From: a virus
Taxonomy: Duplodnaviria > Heunggongvirae > Uroviricota > Caudoviricetes
DNA: 8,791 bases
Strand: one strand, 5' to 3'
IMG/VR virus record: IMGVR_UViG_2740892488_000005
Location: 1-8,791 of that record
This document shows, piece after piece, positions 5,830-8,791 of this stretch (within the stretch, counting starts at the first letter, position 1; the number at the start of each line of letters is the position of its first letter). The position numbers and the translations under genes were made by a program. The notes under the pieces are model-generated. The model ran no database searches. It saw only the letters and a list, made by a program, of their open reading frames with translations, and had not been told where the DNA came from.

Positions 5830-5942
5830 GTGAATTGAAAATACGTCGCAAGGCAATAGCACGCGTTAAAAATCTATTACCAGTGCCTGTCAAATATCGT
5901 TTTTGTGGTGGGAATGTACGGATTGGTACGGATGTATGGTGA
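5826..5942 (+). CDS. Possible small ORF, 38 aa
   Basis: ATG 5826 overlapping the upstream stop (ATGA), stop TGA at 5940-5942, translating MSELKIRRKAIARVKNLLPVPVKYRFCGGNVRIGTDVW. Only positional evidence. Confidence 0.3.
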   Translation: MSELKIRRKAIARVKNLLPVPVKYRFCGGNVRIGTDVW

Positions 5943-6016
5943 TTGCGGAGTGACGTAAAACGAATCGTTGTGGGTGTAATATCGTCAATATCATTGGTTT
6001 CCCGGAGGGAAAGGAC

Positions 6017-6238
6017 ATGTTTGGCGATAAACTGGAGTTACCACGGAACGGGCGGATAGTGCTCTATATTTCAGATTACAAAGTAACCCGGGCTGAGGTG
6101 TTGGAACCGGAAAAACATCTGGTCACGTTACCGGACATTATTGAGTTGTATAAGCGGGTCGGATATGTGGACTTGCATCGCGATGATGTTCCCGTTGAGT
6201 GTATGGAATGTGAACACCGGAGGTTTGAAGTTGATTGA
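6017..6238 (+). CDS. Hypothetical protein, 73 aa
   Basis: ORF 6017..6238 preceded by GGAGGGAAAGG; followed about 90 nt downstream by a terminator-like hairpin plus T7. Confidence 0.5.
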   Translation: MFGDKLELPRNGRIVLYISDYKVTRAEVLEPEKHLVTLPDIIELYKRVGYVDLHRDDVPVECMECEHRRFEVD

Positions 6239-6329
6239 ATTGACTTAGAAAAAGTCCGGGGCTATAGTTTCCGCGCAGCCGCAAAATCGGTTGCCGGGAT
6301 TGGCGTCCCGGATATCTAAGTGACGCATA

Positions 6330-6349
6330 GCCGCGTTAGCGGTTTTTTT
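6330..6349 (+). terminator. Putative intrinsic terminator closing the small-gene operon
   Basis: GCCGC (6330-6334) / loop GTTA / GCGG (6339-6342) followed by T7 (6343-6349). Short stem, moderate confidence. Confidence 0.45.
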
Positions 6350-6448
6350 ATGTGTTAGGCACGGCCACATTCGCATTATGGTGGGCTGTGTGGGGGCTTC
6401 TGTGGAAGCGCCGGGTTCACTTAGCCGGTTACGCCAACCCTGCACAGC

Positions 6449-6481
6449 TCACCACCAGATGATTGGCGTCGCTGGTGGTGA
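6449..6481. promoter_or_regulatory. Perfect 10-bp inverted repeat immediately upstream of the antirepressor start
   Basis: TCACCACCAG (6449-6458), 13-nt spacer ATGATTGGCGTCG, CTGGTGGTGA (6472-6481); right arm contains the Chi octamer GCTGGTGG (6471-6478). Antirepressor SD AAGTGAGG at 6495-6502 and ATG at 6511. Confidence 0.4.
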
Positions 6482-6510
6482 TGAAAAAAACACTAAGTGA
6501 GGCCACTGCG

Positions 6511-7300
6511 ATGACAGTCCAAATATCTGCGGAATCCCTTTCTCCGCTACATCATAACCAACTTCCCGTCATCACTACTGAATTGCTTGCCAGTTTGTAT
6601 GGCACGGAAGTAAATGGTATCCAGCAAAACTTCAAGCGCAACATCGCCAGATTTGTCGTAGGAAAGCATTTTTTTTAAGCTGGAAGGTAATGAATTACGC
6701 GACTTCAAAAACAGACTGACAGATAGTCAGTCAGTTGCTAAACATACCCGATCCCTCATTCTCTGGACAGAACGCGGCGCAGCTCGCCATGCCAAAATGC
6801 TGGAAACAGAACAGGCCTGGGAAGTTTTCGAAAAGCTGGAAGATTGTTATTTTAGCCAGCGTCCAGAGAGGCGGAGTACAACTACCGATGACCGTACTCC
6901 CTTGCGTGATGCCGTTAATATACTGGTCGGCAAGAAAGGCATGATGTATCCCGATGCCTACACCATGATTCATCAACGCTTCGCCGTCTCTCACATAGAA
7001 CAACTGTCACAGACGCAAATGTTAGAGGCGATTGAATACATCCACTGCCTGCTACTCGATGAAAATCACCCAACCATTCCAGATTTTTCTTTTATCACCA
7101 CTATCAAAAATGGAAAAGTGACCGGGATGCGCCATGTTGCCAAAGGCGAACATCTGATGACCTTTGACGCTTTCAAAGAGATCGCTGAGCGGGCAGGGTA
7201 TCTGGTGATCCACAGCGACAATCTGCGAAGTATGACACTGGATAAATTGATGGTAATGGGGAAAAAGTCGGCTATATCCGTTGCTAATTCAGCATTTTGA
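6511..7300 (+). pseudogene. Phage antirepressor-type regulatory protein, interrupted by a frameshift in a T8 run
   Basis: N-terminal part in frame 1 (6511-6678, ends GKHFF-stop) and C-terminal part in frame 2 (track ORF 6797..7300, open from 6677). Removing one T from T8 (6669-6676) gives a continuous ~262-aa protein with the conserved stretch GKHFFKLEGNELRDFKN...SLILWTERGAARHAKMLETEQAWEVFEKLEDCYF, which I recognise as antirepressor-like. Confidence 0.65.
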
Positions 7301-7427
7301 CAGGTTGTTTGGGGCGGAAATACTCTATTTGCGCTTAAAAAGGTATTTGACCACGACCAGCACGAGACCGAATACCTCTGTCAAAGTACCGCCCATATAA
7401 AACAGTTACATATGCACTTGATGACTA

Positions 7428-7459
7428 AGCTGGCACCAGGTTAACACCTGGCGCCAGCT
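7428..7459. other. Strong near-perfect hairpin between convergent genes (14-bp stem, one mismatch, 4-nt loop)
   Basis: AGCTGGCACCAGGT (7428-7441) / TAAC / ACCTGGCGCCAGCT (7446-7459). No U-tract on either strand, so not a canonical intrinsic terminator. Confidence 0.4.
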
Positions 7460-7589
7460 TGAAGGAGACTTCAGTTATTGGTTTCTGAGGAAAGCGATTC
7501 TTGAAAGGGTCATTTGCGTCTGGCAGTCGACCATTTTCTTGACTTCAGCATCTGTTCCCTGCATTGAAACTTTACCGCACATAGCATCC

Positions 7590-8294
7590 TTAGTTTTGAT
7601 CCACTGACGCTGAGAAGGCAGCAAATCTTTTTTTCTTCGCCGGGGTTAACTTGCTCCAGACGGTACTCAAATCAGAGTCGGCATTCGCAAATGCCATTCG
7701 GGACTGATCAAGGTTGTCAGCTTTTTGCGGCTGAAGTTGTGCCTGTCTCTCTATTTGCTTCTCCGCCTCATACTTAGCCTGTTCTTGCGCCCTGAGTTGC
7801 ACCTGTTGTTCCGCTTCAATTTGACTCTGTTGGGCATCCTTAGCCTGCTGGATTTTCTGCTGCTCAACGATCGGGGTGATAATGGAAAGCGATGTCAGTA
7901 AAGCGGCGCCCACTGATATCGGATTATCAGTAGAGGTTTTTACAAAAACGTTTTTCTGATCGTCGGTCGCCTGCACGGTGTAGGTGATACGTTTTGAAAA
8001 GGCGTTTGCGTTGTTCTCCAAAAACAGGCTTTCCATTTGCTTATCGAGATTACGATTAAAATTCTTTCTGTAAGCATCTGAAAGCTGGACGTACTCGTTC
8101 GCAGATAGAGTCATCGTCACGGTCCCTTCACAAGTTTTCATTGTGCTGCCCGTGTCACTTGATGTTGTGGAGATCTCAGAGATGGCTAGTTTGATCTTGT
8201 CCAGTGTGCTTCGTTTGGTCTGATTAGTGACATCAGGGTATTTATCGACCTGTTCAGAGAGTCCTTCATAAGCAGATTTTTTTAATAAATCCAT
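7590..8294 (-). CDS. Hypothetical protein, 234 aa: N-terminal domain, central hydrophobic helix, Gln/Glu-rich coiled-coil C-terminal region
   Basis: ORF 7590..8294 (-). Hydrophobic stretch ISVGAALLTSLSIITPIV followed by a heptad-like Q/E/A-rich segment. Frame stays open upstream of the ATG until a stop at plus 8358-8360, inside the IS end, so the native 5' end or promoter may have been displaced by the IS insertion. Confidence 0.55.
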   Translation of the reverse strand: MDLLKKSAYEGLSEQVDKYPDVTNQTKRSTLDKIKLAISEISTTSSDTGSTMKTCEGTVTMTLSANEYVQLSDAYRKNFNRNLDKQMESLFLENNANAFSKRITYTVQATDDQKNVFVKTSTDNPISVGAALLTSLSIITPIVEQQKIQQAKDAQQSQIEAEQQVQLRAQEQAKYEAEKQIERQAQLQPQKADNLDQSRMAFANADSDLSTVWSKLTPAKKKRFAAFSASVDQN

Positions 8295-8420
8295 GAGAGC
8301 TGACTGGGTTATTTCCGAAGAACAACCGATCTCATCTTTTTTGTTATCTGAAGTGGTTTACTGAATTTGGCCACCTGAACAGAGGTGATATGCTCACCTC
8401 AGAACAACACAGGTGCCATA

Positions 8421-8721
8421 ATGAAAAAAAGAAATTTCAGCGCAGAGTTTAAACGCGAATCCGCTCAACTGGTCGTTGACCAGAATTACACCGTGGCAGA
8501 TGCAGCCAGCGCTATGGATGTCGGCCTTTCCACAATGACGCGATGGGTGAAACAATTACGTGATGAGCGGCAGGGAAAACACCAAAAGCCTCCCCTATTA
8601 CCCCGGAACAAATTGAAATCCGTGAGCTCAGGAAAAAGCTACAACGTATTGAAATGGAAAATGAAATATTAAAAAGGCTACCGCGCTCTTGATGTCAGAC
8701 TCCCTGAACAGTTCTCGATAA
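8421..8721 (+). pseudogene. IS3-family transposase OrfA (HTH plus leucine-zipper regulator), apparently frameshifted twice
   Basis: [53 protein letters not shown] in frame 3 (from 8421); expected continuation [27 protein letters not shown] in frame 2 from 8597; expected C-terminus [14 protein letters not shown] in frame 1 ending at TAA 8719-8721. Frame changes coincide with an A4 run (8576-8579) and the A5G slippery-site region (8671-8676). Confidence 0.65.
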
Positions 8722-8791
8722 TCGGGAAACTCAGGGCGCGTTATCCTGTGGCCACTCTCTGCCATGTGTTCGGGGTCCATCGCAGCAGCTA
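8676..8791 (+). CDS. IS3-family transposase OrfB, N-terminal part (3' end beyond the window)
   Basis: Frame 3 open from 8676 to the window end with a typical OrfB N-terminus ([16 protein letters not shown]). Confidence 0.6.

Larger units (their letters stand above)
8349..8791 (+). mobile_element. IS3-family insertion sequence (IS911-like), left end and first ~440 bp; continues beyond the window
   Basis: Terminus begins TGAAGTGG at 8349, typical of IS3-family inverted repeats; orfA starts 72 bp inside; orfB frame reads [39 protein letters not shown] at the window edge. Confidence 0.8.

Noticed and set aside
5097-5862. Minus-strand ORFs across the small-gene cluster (5097..5297, 5273..5461, 5523..5795, 5584..5862)
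   Set aside because: Antisense to a consistently ATGA-coupled plus-strand gene chain; no start context.
6258-6345. tRNA-like sequence beginning GGGGCTATAG (like the 5' end of tRNA-Ala) with an anticodon-like hairpin CCGGG/ATTGGCG/CCCGG
   Set aside because: No D-loop or T-loop consensus and the 3' acceptor strand is not complementary; the resemblance is limited to about 10 nt plus one hairpin.
6471-6478. Chi site (GCTGGTGG) as a feature in its own right
   Set aside because: A single Chi octamer is expected by chance at this scale in enterobacterial DNA; noted only because it lies in the right arm of the inverted repeat.
6440-6730. LexA (SOS) box controlling the antirepressor
   Set aside because: No CTGT-N8-ACAG match found by eye upstream of 6511; the closest palindromes (6449-6481, 6712-6732) have the wrong spacing. 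A weight-matrix scan could still find a divergent site.
6245-7003. ORFs 6245..6445 (-), 6463..6678 (+, as an independent gene), 6735..6944 (+) and 6731..7003 (-)
   Set aside because: 6245..6445 lies over the terminator and hairpin intergenic region; 6463..6678 is the N-terminal part of the frameshifted antirepressor (better start at 6511); the other two overlap the antirepressor reading frame out of frame or antisense.
1-8791. CRISPR arrays, rRNA genes, integrons
   Set aside because: No regularly spaced direct repeats with unique spacers, no rRNA-like conserved blocks, and no attI/attC-like structures were seen.

Overview
This 8.8 kb window reads as the early/immunity region of a lambdoid-type prophage remnant from an Enterobacteriaceae (E. 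coli/Shigella-like) genome, truncated on the right by a partial IS3-family (IS911-like) element. Gene order: a ~0.8 kb repeat-rich stretch with no credible ORF (1-911), a short CI-like HTH repressor on the minus strand (912-1304), a divergent operator/promoter region, then on the plus strand a Cro/YdaS-like HTH protein, a YdaT/CII-like protein, a 52-aa ORF, a replication initiator, a DnaB-family helicase, six small nin-like genes (four chained by ATGA overlaps), a frameshifted antirepressor, a convergent minus-strand orphan gene, and the IS left end with orfA and the start of orfB. No integrase, N-like, Q-like, lysis or structural genes are visible. The most interesting signal is a family of five short stem-loops with an invariant 7-nt loop and covarying stems: three in tandem left of the repressor and two, inverted, immediately after the stop codons of the ydaT-like and helicase genes, each of the latter followed by an identical 14-nt Shine-Dalgarno leader. 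Four frame disruptions sit at short homopolymer runs (replication initiator, antirepressor, two in IS orfA), so assembly error versus real decay needs checking. All protein family calls are from my own recognition of the translations; no database search was run.
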